DNA from: Candidatus Delongbacteria bacterium
GTDB taxonomy: Bacteria > UBA4055
Assembly: GCA_003252515.1 (NCBI GenBank)
Contig: QKDR01000159.1
Location: 4,811 to 68,810, forward strand
DNA: 64,000 nucleotides
Direction of reading: 5' to 3'
The notes beneath the pieces were generated by a model. It saw only the letters and a program-made list of their open reading frames with translations, did no database searches and was not told where the DNA came from. Numbering within the stretch: the first letter of the stretch is position 1; every line of letters begins with the position of its first letter. Positions 29,027 through 38,507 of this stretch are shown piece after piece. The position numbers and the translations under genes were made by a program.

Positions 29027-29983
29027 TTAAAATTCCTTCGACACAAGGTAGATCGTATAGCTGAAATATACACCGAGCAGTACTGCCGCCTCCCACCTGT
29101 CAAGTTTGCCTTTTTCACCCGTGAACATCGCGGTAAAAAGAAAGACCGTTCCAAGCAAGAGCATGAACAGATCCGAGTTGAAAGCGTTCGAGTACTGTAC
29201 CGGGCTTATGAGAGAGCTTACGCCGAGTATCAGGAATATATTGAAAATGTTCGATCCGATGATGTTCCCTACCGCGATATCGTTGTTCTTTTTCACTGCC
29301 GCAACGACCGAAGTCGCCAGTTCCGGAAGCGAAGTTCCCGAGGCGACAATCGTCAGACCGATTATTTTCTGGCTCACTCCGAGAGCTTCCGCCATTTCGA
29401 TCGCGCTTGAAACGACAAGTTTTCCGCCGAGAACAAGCCCGGTCAGTCCAATGACAATGAAGCTCCATATCTTTAACAAAGTGAAATCCTTATGCGGAAG
29501 ATCGTCCTTTGCGGGATCATTCCCCAGCTGCTTATATACATAAAAAAGGAAGAGCCCGAACATTATAAGAAGAACAAGACCGTCGATTCTGGTAAGAACG
29601 CTGTTCCCTATGAAAACAAATTCGGCAGTGAGGACGAAAAGTAATAGAGCGGCGATGAAAGAAAAAGGTATCTCCTTCCAGACCGTGCTCGACTGAACGG
29701 CAAGCGGAGCTATCAGGCCTGCTATACCGAGGATAATGAAAAGATTGAAATTGTTGGAACCGATGATGTTGCCGAAAACAATGTCGTGATGCTCCTGATA
29801 CGCGGCGAAAATGTTCACCACAAGCTCGGGAGCGGAAGTTCCGAAAGCGACCACAGTCAGACCTATGGCAAGATCGGAGACCTTGTATTTTCTTGCAAGT
29901 TCAGAAGCTCCGTCAACAAGCCAGTCCGCCCCTTTGACGAGCACCGCGAAGCCAAGTATCAGAAGAAGTATTTGGATTGCCAT
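29027..29983 (-). CDS. Ca2+/Na+ antiporter, CaCA family (YrbG-like)
   Basis: Two alpha-repeat motifs (GTSAPELVV, GTSLPELATS). Start at the second Met (MAIQILL...), which has RBS AAGGA 8 nt upstream. Confidence 0.8.
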   Translation of the reverse strand: MAIQILLLILGFAVLVKGADWLVDGASELARKYKVSDLAIGLTVVAFGTSAPELVVNIFAAYQEHHDIVFGNIIGSNNFNLFIILGIAGLIAPLAVQSSTVWKEIPFSFIAALLLFVLTAEFVFIGNSVLTRIDGLVLLIMFGLFLFYVYKQLGNDPAKDDLPHKDFTLLKIWSFIVIGLTGLVLGGKLVVSSAIEMAEALGVSQKIIGLTIVASGTSLPELATSVVAAVKKNNDIAVGNIIGSNIFNIFLILGVSSLISPVQYSNAFNSDLFMLLLGTVFLFTAMFTGEKGKLDRWEAAVLLGVYFSYTIYLVSKEF

Positions 29984-30047
29984 AACAATGTTCCTTATTG
30001 ATGAGGAAATATACACTAAACTGGTTTAGATTAACAGAAAATATTAT

Positions 30048-31271
30048 TTGATATTCGGCAGCTTAAGGATTAAATTATTACAATATTACTTTGGATTGAT
30101 TATGACATTTTCCACGCTTACAGACATTCTGATCCCATCATTTGAGAACACTTCTTTCATCCGCCTGATCCTTTCGTCTCCCCAAGACAAGACGGGTGAT
30201 CTGAACAAGGTTACGGTAAGGCTGATCGAATTGAAGGATGAAAAGAAACTTTCTTTTCTTTACACTTATAAAACTAAAACAGTTACGAAGAATCACAGGA
30301 TAGAAGAAGGCGCGAAACTTGCGGACAAACTTTTCGCGGAGACTTTTACTCTTTGTGTAATTTTCGGAACGGAGGCGGACCATTCTTTCAGGCGGACAAA
30401 GAAGAGTAAGATACTTTATAAGAAGTCTAAGCCGACTCATTCAGAAGAAGATTTTTCTGCCGTGCATAATATGAAGAAGAAACGAATGATAACTCTTGAG
30501 AACAATATCTGGCTTCAAAGGCTGGGTGTGGCCAAAAACGGGATGGTCACAGGCGGAATGAGCGGGAAGTTCAGACAGATCAACAGGTTCGTCGAAACGA
30601 TTGACGGGCTGATCGACAGTTCTGATCTCAAAGGGAAACCGGAACTCTCAGTTTACGATATGGGTTCGGGCAAGGGATATCTGACTTTCGCCGTATATGA
30701 TTTTTTCGTCAATCAGCTTAAGATAAAAGCGGATATTACCGGGATCGAGTACAGGCGGGATCTTGCGGATATCTGCAACGATATCGCCTGCGAATGTAAA
30801 TTTACGGGGCTGAAGTTCCTTCAGGGAAGCATCTCGGACTTCGATATTCCCGCCTGCGACATTCTGATCGCCCTTCACGCCTGCGATACCGCGACCGATG
30901 ACGCTCTTTTCAATGGCATCCGCTCCGGGGCTGAGGTAATAGTCGTATCTCCCTGCTGCCACAAGCAAATCAGGAAGCAGCTTCATATTGAGAACGAACT
31001 CAGAGAGATTACAAGACACGGAATTCTTGAGGAGCGGATGGCGGAAATGACGACAGACTCTTTGAGAGCGCTGATGCTCGAGGCACACGGATATTCCGTG
31101 AACGTTTTCGAATATATTTCAGATGAACATACTCATAAAAACATAATGATAACCGCCGTTAAGCAAAAGAAAACCGCCGACTCTTCTGTTTATCTTGAAA
31201 AGATCGGCGGTCTTAAAAAATTTTTCGGTATAAGGAAGTTTTATCTTGAGGAATTATTCAATAACTCTTAG
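30048..31271 (+). CDS. SAM-dependent methyltransferase (Methyltransf_32-like)
   Basis: Motif I VYDMGSGKGYLTFAV and post-I LHACDTATDDAL. Confidence 0.6.
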   Translation: MIFGSLRIKLLQYYFGLIMTFSTLTDILIPSFENTSFIRLILSSPQDKTGDLNKVTVRLIELKDEKKLSFLYTYKTKTVTKNHRIEEGAKLADKLFAETFTLCVIFGTEADHSFRRTKKSKILYKKSKPTHSEEDFSAVHNMKKKRMITLENNIWLQRLGVAKNGMVTGGMSGKFRQINRFVETIDGLIDSSDLKGKPELSVYDMGSGKGYLTFAVYDFFVNQLKIKADITGIEYRRDLADICNDIACECKFTGLKFLQGSISDFDIPACDILIALHACDTATDDALFNGIRSGAEVIVVSPCCHKQIRKQLHIENELREITRHGILEERMAEMTTDSLRALMLEAHGYSVNVFEYISDEHTHKNIMITAVKQKKTADSSVYLEKIGGLKKFFGIRKFYLEELFNNS

Positions 31272-31838
31272 ATTATCAGTCTTAACTCTATACCCTCCAG
31301 AAACCATCACAACATTCTGATAAAGCGTTGAAGTGTCGGTTATCTTAGCCATAAACCACTCACCTGTCCTGGCTCTTTCCTGATTCTCGGGTCTGATATA
31401 AGCTTCACCCTGCTCGTAATCAAAAGCTATTACAACAGTGCCTAATCTTAGATCGGACTGAGTAGCCGGCCTTGTTTTCCAGAAATGAGTCGTCCATACT
31501 TCCCTGCCGTCCTTCACATCCATAAATTTCCCTTCGTTCTTCGTATTGGGAGATGATGACTGCACCATTTTTGCGAGATCGACCCTGATCCATCCTGACT
31601 CGAAAGCTCTTTCTGATATAAAATAGTCGTCAGCCTGGATATAATGCATATCTCCTGTTCCGCCGCCGTAAACTCCTCCGGCTGAACTTCCGCCATCGTT
31701 AACACCCATACCTGTGTTAGAGCTTATTCTGTTCATGTCATCCGACATGTCCGCCAGGTTCCTCAGCGCAACAGCAGGCCCGCATCCCCACATTACAAGT
31801 AATAGAGCTGCTGCCAGCATAATTCTTATTCTTTTCAT
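31254..31838 (-). CDS. Lipoprotein, function unknown
   Basis: Signal peptide with lipobox (LLVMWGC|GP) and RBS GAGGTGGG. Confidence 0.45.
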   Translation of the reverse strand: MKRIRIMLAAALLLVMWGCGPAVALRNLADMSDDMNRISSNTGMGVNDGGSSAGGVYGGGTGDMHYIQADDYFISERAFESGWIRVDLAKMVQSSSPNTKNEGKFMDVKDGREVWTTHFWKTRPATQSDLRLGTVVIAFDYEQGEAYIRPENQERARTGEWFMAKITDTSTLYQNVVMVSGGYRVKTDNLRVIE

Positions 31839-31994
31839 TTCCCACCTCTGTTATTTTTGAGTGTAATTTACTAAAACCATTTATAAAGTCAAGCTACTTT
31901 AACGATAAAAATTTCTTTAAAAATTATAGTAGAATTCGACATTTCATTTGTATATATTAAGTAAAAAGATGAAAAAAAATTAAGGGAGCGCGTT

Positions 31995-32975
31995 ATGTCC
32001 AAAGCTGTAAGCTACAAAGAACTGGGTCTTTCCAACACGAAAGAGATGTTCGCAAAAGCCATGAAAGAACAGTATGCCGTTCCGGCTTATAATTTCAATA
32101 ACCTCGAACAGCTTCAGGCTATCATTTATGGCTGTATCGAATCAAGATCACCTGTGATCGTTCAGGTTTCCAAGGGTGCGAGGAGCTACGCCAACTCGAC
32201 GCTTTTACGTTATATGGCAATGGGCGCGGCAGAAATGGCCAAAGAAATGGGTTCTGACATACCGATATGCCTTCACCTCGACCACGGCGATTCTTTCGAG
32301 CTGTGCAAATCCTGTATCGACAACGGGTTCTCTTCCGTAATGATAGACGGATCACATCTCCCTTACGATGAAAATGTTGCTCTGACGAAACAGGTCGTCG
32401 AGTATGCACACGCAAGGGACGTATCCGTTGAGGGCGAGCTCGGTGTGCTTGCAGGTATAGAGGACGAAGTACAGTCTGAACATTCGCACTACACACATCC
32501 TGAAGAGGTCGAGGATTTCGTTAAAAAGACAGGCGTGGACAGCCTCGCGATCTCGATCGGTACTTCGCACGGCGCTTACAAATTCAAGCTGAAACCGGGC
32601 GAGTCGGTACCTCCGCTAAGGTTCGATATACTTCAGGAGATCGAAAAAAGGATACCGGGATTCCCGATAGTACTGCACGGATCATCATCCGTGTTACCCA
32701 AATACGCCGATATGATCAACCAGTACGGCGGAAAAATGGACAATGCGGTCGGAGTACCCGAAGAACAGCTTAGAAAAGCGGCGACTTCAGCGGTCTGCAA
32801 GATCAATATCGACACTGACGGAAGAATGGTCGTGACGGCTATCGTAAGAAAAGTATTCGTAGAGAACCCGTCAGAGTTCGACCCCAGAAAATATCTGGGC
32901 CCGGCAAGAGACGAGCTCAAGAAAATGATCATGGATAAGAACCGTAACGTGCTGGGTTCGGCGGACAGATACTAG
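31995..32975 (+). CDS. fba: Fructose-bisphosphate aldolase, class II
   Basis: PAYNFNNLEQLQAI, LHLDHGDS and ISIGTSHGAYKF zinc/active-site motifs. RBS AAGGGAG. Confidence 0.9.
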   Translation: MSKAVSYKELGLSNTKEMFAKAMKEQYAVPAYNFNNLEQLQAIIYGCIESRSPVIVQVSKGARSYANSTLLRYMAMGAAEMAKEMGSDIPICLHLDHGDSFELCKSCIDNGFSSVMIDGSHLPYDENVALTKQVVEYAHARDVSVEGELGVLAGIEDEVQSEHSHYTHPEEVEDFVKKTGVDSLAISIGTSHGAYKFKLKPGESVPPLRFDILQEIEKRIPGFPIVLHGSSSVLPKYADMINQYGGKMDNAVGVPEEQLRKAATSAVCKINIDTDGRMVVTAIVRKVFVENPSEFDPRKYLGPARDELKKMIMDKNRNVLGSADRY

Positions 32976-32985
32976 AAATTCTGAA

Positions 32986-33007
32986 GGCGGGTCATACCCG
33001 CCTTTTT
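32986..33007 (+). terminator. Rho-independent terminator downstream of fba
   Basis: GGCGGGT-cat-ACCCGCC perfect 7-bp GC-rich stem followed by TTTTT. Confidence 0.6.
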
Positions 33008-35499
33008 CATTTGATAACCGAAAATATTTTCTCAGGTTTGATCTTATAGCTGTCGCAGATCAGTCTGATGAAAGCGTTAAGATCGAATTTCTCCCCGTAA
33101 CTCACCTCTATTCTGTTCTCCGGAATATTTATCAGCACCTTCGTGAACTGCCTTTTCTTAAGACCGTCTTTTGAAACCTGCGCCTCGTAGATCCCCTCGT
33201 TTATTTTAATGACCGTCGTTCTGATGTGCGATCCTGTCATGAAAGAAGTGTCGATCTTTTTTGAGTTGTCAGATATTGATATGACGATCTTTCCCTGCTG
33301 CTTCTCAGTATCGGCCGCTTCCGCAAAATCCTGAACGAAATCGTTGAACCTGTTTTTGAATTCATCTAACGCGGACTGTTCAAAAATATTATCCGACTCT
33401 TCGAATGAGCATAGGAATACTGCTTCGTCGTAGCCCAGAAGGTTCGAATTCTGAAATTTATCCCTATTTTTAAATTTTACGAACCTTTTTACAGACCTTT
33501 CACTGCCCGGTACCGATCTGATCACAGCGGATGTGAACACGGCACCGAGATATTTTTCAGACAGTCCCGCGCATTTTTCACTAAGAATTACCGGAACGGT
33601 GATCTCAACTCCTCTCAGGTATTCCGCCTTTATCTCTTTTAACCTTTCGACGGTCAGCCCTCTTCCCCTTATGTGTTCGGCCGCAGACCTGACCTCTGCG
33701 GCATCTCCGCATGCTCCGCAGGCATTACACGAGGCATCAGTAGCCTTGATCTTCCGGCACGTCCGTGTGTCGGTAAACTGCCTGAGCCTTTCTCCTGCCA
33801 TTTTCAGAAATTCTTCGCTGATATTGGAATTTAAATGCCTGTAGTCAAGGTTGCTGTTAAGAAAGCTGTCCGGGTCGGGATTTATTTTTCTCAGACCCTC
33901 TCTGAACCTGTCATAGAACTGTTTCCCTACAGAATTATAATATATGAAACCTGTTTCCTCAAGAGTACTGCGGACAGCTTCGGAGAAGGTGTCAGAACCG
34001 TTGCGGAGAAGTACCTGAGACACCCAGTATTCATAAACAGATCCCGCTGTCCTGAACTCGAATCCTTCAGAAGTAACTATACCGGAAATTCTGTCAACGA
34101 CCGCCTGCATGATCCCGGCCGAATATGCTTTCTCCTTCTCCTGAGGCGTTCCCGGGAACCTGACAAGCTGGGTCAGGGAAAACACTATCCTGGGTGGTCT
34201 GGGCCTGTTCACCGCGTTCGTTTTTATAAAAGCAGCGAGTTCTGAAAGCTCGTTATAGTCGCTCTCATCTTCCAGCCCTGTAGCTATAAGAAATATCTTC
34301 AGCGTCCTGATCGGCGAGCTGAGCAATGATATAAGGCTTTGCTGAAGCTCCGTTTCACTCAGGTCTTTCGAAAGGTAGCTCCTCATTCTTCCCGAAATTC
34401 CCTCAAGGCCGCAGGTTATGCTCGTTTTACCGGAGAACTGCAGTATTTTCAAAAATTCGCTCTTCAGTGACAGTATATCAAATCTCTGGCTCTTGAGGGA
34501 GACTATTCTGAAGTGCTTATGAAGTTCTCCGATGATCTCCTCGATACGGGAGTGCGCGTTAAAATTGAAGCTGAAAAGACTGATCTCTTCCGAACCGTTA
34601 TTTTTCTTTATCTCAAGCGCTGAATTTATGATCTCTTCTACCGGGACTTCCGAATAAGGTTTTGTGCGGAAACTTTCATTGCAGAACGAACAGAACCACG
34701 GGCATCCTCTGCTGATCACAAGGTTTGAGGACTGAGGATCATCTTTAAACAACAGCGGTACTTTCGAAGGCTGTATGTCCGCGAAGTAGCCTGCTGATAT
34801 TCTCTTCACTATTCCGCTCTCTCCTCTGCCGGGAACAGCGGCTGCAAATTCTCCGTACAATCTTTCGATAATTTCAGTTTTCTTCAGTCCGATTGCTTTA
34901 TACTCGTTTATTCTCTGAAAGAACCTGACGATATCTTCGGGATCGTCGTTCGTGTAAATGATATCCACAGGCGAATTATCGGTCATAAGGAAATGACAGT
35001 TGGCGCTGTTCGACCCGCCCAGAACGATCAGCGGCTGATCCTCATCAGGAAGTCTTTTCCGGCGGTCAGTCTCGATACCGCTTTCAGACAGAAGCATTCC
35101 GATGTTTAAGAGCTCCTGCACCAGCGAATTCGAGATCGCCAGCACATCGAAATCTGCGGGACCGGCTTTAGTATTTACAGGCAGCAGCAGCGGAATGCTG
35201 TTCTTCCTGAACGTTTCAATATCCTTATAAGACGGAAGATACGCAAGATCCGCGAACGTGCCTTCAACGGAAGAGATCAGTTTATAAAGAAGAGGATGAG
35301 TGAACGACTGAGAAGTGTCGCGATATGTCGAAAGCCTGCATATTAATACTTTTATGCCCGCAGTATCGAAATTCTCAGCGGGATGATTATTGAACTCATT
35401 TCCGCTGTAATTCATACCGTTCTGCGTAAGCTTTCCCGATAAATTCCCTATGATCTCTCTGTAGTTCTTCATGAGCTGAAAAATATGCATATTCTTCAC
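33007..35499 (-). CDS. Large radical SAM protein (B12-binding-like N-domain + radical SAM core + C-terminal radical-SAM-linked domain; TIGR03960/TIGR03936-like fusion)
   Basis: CPWFCSFC (CxxxCxxC) radical SAM cluster motif at about aa 265. 830 aa. GTG start with no clear RBS. Confidence 0.55.
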   Translation of the reverse strand: MKNMHIFQLMKNYREIIGNLSGKLTQNGMNYSGNEFNNHPAENFDTAGIKVLICRLSTYRDTSQSFTHPLLYKLISSVEGTFADLAYLPSYKDIETFRKNSIPLLLPVNTKAGPADFDVLAISNSLVQELLNIGMLLSESGIETDRRKRLPDEDQPLIVLGGSNSANCHFLMTDNSPVDIIYTNDDPEDIVRFFQRINEYKAIGLKKTEIIERLYGEFAAAVPGRGESGIVKRISAGYFADIQPSKVPLLFKDDPQSSNLVISRGCPWFCSFCNESFRTKPYSEVPVEEIINSALEIKKNNGSEEISLFSFNFNAHSRIEEIIGELHKHFRIVSLKSQRFDILSLKSEFLKILQFSGKTSITCGLEGISGRMRSYLSKDLSETELQQSLISLLSSPIRTLKIFLIATGLEDESDYNELSELAAFIKTNAVNRPRPPRIVFSLTQLVRFPGTPQEKEKAYSAGIMQAVVDRISGIVTSEGFEFRTAGSVYEYWVSQVLLRNGSDTFSEAVRSTLEETGFIYYNSVGKQFYDRFREGLRKINPDPDSFLNSNLDYRHLNSNISEEFLKMAGERLRQFTDTRTCRKIKATDASCNACGACGDAAEVRSAAEHIRGRGLTVERLKEIKAEYLRGVEITVPVILSEKCAGLSEKYLGAVFTSAVIRSVPGSERSVKRFVKFKNRDKFQNSNLLGYDEAVFLCSFEESDNIFEQSALDEFKNRFNDFVQDFAEAADTEKQQGKIVISISDNSKKIDTSFMTGSHIRTTVIKINEGIYEAQVSKDGLKKRQFTKVLINIPENRIEVSYGEKFDLNAFIRLICDSYKIKPEKIFSVIK

Positions 35500-35584
35500 A
35501 AATTGCGAATGAAATTGTAAAAATAATTCTTTTTTTGCATCGTATTATCGGCTATATTTTAATTAGATCGAAATTGAGGTATAT

Positions 35585-37306
35585 ATGCACTATTTAAGCG
35601 AAGAACATATACTTATATTTCTTACTCAGCTTTTTATACTTCTGTCTTTATCCAAGCTGATAGGTAATATTGTCCAGAAGTATGGCGTTCCGGCGCTTGC
35701 CGGAGAGATAATGACCGGTATACTGCTCGGCCCTACCGTTTTCGGCAGGTTCGGGCCCGGGCTCTATTCGAAGATTTTCCCGAGCGATCTCATTCAGCAG
35801 AACATGCTTGAGACCATAACCTGGGTCGGCCTGCTTTACCTGCTTCTGTCTACCGGATTCGAAGTGAACCTTTCGAGCGCTTTGAAACAGGGAAAAGCGG
35901 CTTTTTCTATCGGTATCATCGGAGTTGTGATCCCTTTCATACTCGCATTTTCAGTGTTTTACATGCTGCCTGACACACTGATATACAGGGGAGCTCTCGC
36001 CGACCATCTTTCATTTTCGCTCTTTATTTCGATAGCCGCTTCGATCAGCGCTCTGGCAGTGATCGCCAGAGTCCTTCACGACCTCAGAATAATCAAGTCC
36101 GACCTCGGGCTTCTGACGCTTTCGGGTTTTGTGGTGAACGACCTTTTCGGATGGCTTCTTTTTGCCATCGTCATAGGTTTCGTATCTAACGGCAGCAGTA
36201 TGGACATCGCGGGAGCTTTTAAGACTTTTTCGGCCGCCGCACTTTTCGGACTGTTCACTCTTACGCTCGGAAGCAGGATTTTCGGCTATTCCATAAGAAA
36301 ACTTAAACAGCTTGACCTGCCTCAACCCGCGTCCACGCTTACCTTCATTTCCGTTCTTGCGATACTTTGCGGTGCCGTCACTCAGTGGATAGGAGTTCAC
36401 GCCATAATCGGTTTCTTTCTCGCCGGTATTATGGCCGGTAATACGAACGAAGTCTCCGAAAGGTCGAGAGAAACAATATCCCAGATGGTGCATTCGGTTT
36501 TCGTTCCGGTTTTCTTCGCGGCTATAGGCCTCAAGGTCGATTTCCTCAAAAATACTGATATTTTCATGGTCATTGTTTTCACTTCAGTCGCTGTGGGAGG
36601 AAAATTCATTGGTGCATGGGCGGGAGCTAAGACGGCCGGATTGTCTAAAGAGGATTCTTTCTCCATGGGGATCGCTTTTATACCAGGCGGGGCTATGGAA
36701 ATAGTACTCGGGCTACTGGCGCTTGAACTTTCGATAATCTCCGAGATAACTTTCGTCGCGGTCGTTTTCGCGGCACTTTTCTCATCCGTACTTGTCGGAC
36801 CTCTGCTGTCCTGGACGATCAGAAAAAGGTCCGGTTTCGACGCCGGAGATTTCCTCTCACATAAAGGGATCATTCCTGAGCTCAAAGGTTCCACCAAATG
36901 GGAAGTTATCGCTGAGCTGTGCGGAAAAATATCGCCCGATCTCAAAAATATTTCCTGCAAAGATATAAGAACCGCTGTCAGGGAAAGAGAGGAAATTATG
37001 GGCACCGGGATGACAAAAGGCCTGGCTGTCCCTCACGGCAGACTCGACGGACTTGAAAAGCCTGTTATAGCGTTCGGCAGATCAAGTTCAGGCATAGACT
37101 GGGATTCTTCAGACGGATCACCGGCAAAATTCATCTTTCTGATACTGACGCCTTTAAACGACCAGTCAAAACAGGTACAGATACTCGCCGGTATCGCAAA
37201 AACAATATCATCTGAAGAATACCGGAATTCACTTTTCGATCTCAATGACGAAAAAAGGATATTCAGTTCGCTCAGGAACCGTCTGAGGGAAAATTCGGTC
37301 AGTTAA
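35585..37306 (+). CDS. Cation:proton antiporter (CPA2/KefB-like) fused to a C-terminal PTS EIIA type-2 (EIIA-Ntr-like) domain
   Basis: Twelve or so TM helices of Na+/H+ exchanger type. The C-terminal domain carries the EIIA-2 signature around GLAVPHGRLDGLEKPVIAFGRS. Confidence 0.7.
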   Translation: MHYLSEEHILIFLTQLFILLSLSKLIGNIVQKYGVPALAGEIMTGILLGPTVFGRFGPGLYSKIFPSDLIQQNMLETITWVGLLYLLLSTGFEVNLSSALKQGKAAFSIGIIGVVIPFILAFSVFYMLPDTLIYRGALADHLSFSLFISIAASISALAVIARVLHDLRIIKSDLGLLTLSGFVVNDLFGWLLFAIVIGFVSNGSSMDIAGAFKTFSAAALFGLFTLTLGSRIFGYSIRKLKQLDLPQPASTLTFISVLAILCGAVTQWIGVHAIIGFFLAGIMAGNTNEVSERSRETISQMVHSVFVPVFFAAIGLKVDFLKNTDIFMVIVFTSVAVGGKFIGAWAGAKTAGLSKEDSFSMGIAFIPGGAMEIVLGLLALELSIISEITFVAVVFAALFSSVLVGPLLSWTIRKRSGFDAGDFLSHKGIIPELKGSTKWEVIAELCGKISPDLKNISCKDIRTAVREREEIMGTGMTKGLAVPHGRLDGLEKPVIAFGRSSSGIDWDSSDGSPAKFIFLILTPLNDQSKQVQILAGIAKTISSEEYRNSLFDLNDEKRIFSSLRNRLRENSVS

Positions 37307-37403
37307 GTACGATACTTCGCCGTTTTAACTTGATTTTAATAATACGATTCAATATCTTTTAGTATTGACGGAATACAAAAACATTAAATAAAAGAGGTCC
37401 GTA

Positions 37404-38507
37404 ATGGGAATATTCGACAAACTGAGAGCCGAATTCATAGACATAATCGAATGGCTCGACCAGACCAACGATACGATGGCGTACCGCTTTGAGAGATATC
37501 AGAACGAGATCAAGAACGGGGCGCAGCTTACAGTAAGGGAAGGTCAGATGGCGGTATTCATCAACGAGGGAAAGATCGCTGACGTATTCATGCCCGGAAT
37601 GTATAAGCTGACTACCGAGAACCTGCCGATCCTGGCTACTCTTAAAGGATGGAAATACGGTTTCAACAGCCCGTTCAAGGCGGAAGTGTATTTTCTGAGC
37701 ACAAGGAACATTACCGATCAGAAATGGGGTACCAAGAACCCGCTTACATTATCAGACGACAGGTTCGGCATGATCGAGATCCGCGCCTTCGGAACTTACG
37801 TGATGAAGGTCAAGGACGGACCCGCTTTTATCAGGGAGATCGTCGGTACCGACGGTAATTTCACTTCCGAAGAGATCAACGGACAGCTGAGAAGCCTTAT
37901 TGTGACCAGATTCACCGACGCGATAGGCGAAGCTGAAATTCCCGTCGAGAAATACGCCCGCGACCTGAACGAGATATCCGGAACGGTACAAGGGATCATC
38001 GCGCCCGAGTTCGAGAAATACGGGATCGAGGTCACAAAATTCCTTATCGAGAATATTTCGATGCCGGAAGAGATCAAGAAAGAGATATTCGAACTTTCAA
38101 GGCTGGATAAGATAGACCTCAATAAGCTGGCGAAACTCAAGACAGCCAAGGCGATCGAAGTTGCGGCGGCTAACGAGAGCGGCACTGCCGGCGCCGGTAT
38201 GGGCATGGGTATGGGTTTCGCCATGGCGAACCAGATGGGTTCCGCTATGTCCGGCGGTCAGAACACGCAGGTTCCTCCGGCAGCTCCTCCGCCGATACCT
38301 CCGGCATTAACTTTCTACATTGTTCTCAACGGTGCTCAGAACGGGCCTCACGACATGACGGCTCTTAAAGGACTTGCCGTGAATAAAAGTTTAACGCCGG
38401 AAACGCTTGTATGGCGCGAAGGCATGAGCAACTGGACGGCCGCTAAAGATGTCGCTGAACTGTCAGGTCTGTTCGGCAGCGTTCCTCCTCCTGTACCGGG
38501 GGCGTGA
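37404..38507 (+). CDS. SPFH/Band-7 family protein (Band_7_1, YdjI-like) with a C-terminal DUF4339 (GYF-like) domain
   Basis: N-terminal MGIFDKLRAEFIDIIEWLD...YRFERYQNEI is the typical PF13421 start. A Gly/Met/Pro-rich linker follows, then C-terminal YIVLNGAQNGPH...W..GMSNWTAAKDV (DUF4339). Confidence 0.65.
   Translation: MGIFDKLRAEFIDIIEWLDQTNDTMAYRFERYQNEIKNGAQLTVREGQMAVFINEGKIADVFMPGMYKLTTENLPILATLKGWKYGFNSPFKAEVYFLSTRNITDQKWGTKNPLTLSDDRFGMIEIRAFGTYVMKVKDGPAFIREIVGTDGNFTSEEINGQLRSLIVTRFTDAIGEAEIPVEKYARDLNEISGTVQGIIAPEFEKYGIEVTKFLIENISMPEEIKKEIFELSRLDKIDLNKLAKLKTAKAIEVAAANESGTAGAGMGMGMGFAMANQMGSAMSGGQNTQVPPAAPPPIPPALTFYIVLNGAQNGPHDMTALKGLAVNKSLTPETLVWREGMSNWTAAKDVAELSGLFGSVPPPVPGA

Noticed and set aside
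32986-33007. Hairpin as a terminator for the minus-strand radical SAM gene as well (bidirectional)
   Set aside because: On the minus strand the stem is not followed by a U-tract and it overlaps that gene's stop codon, so it is convincing only as the fba terminator.
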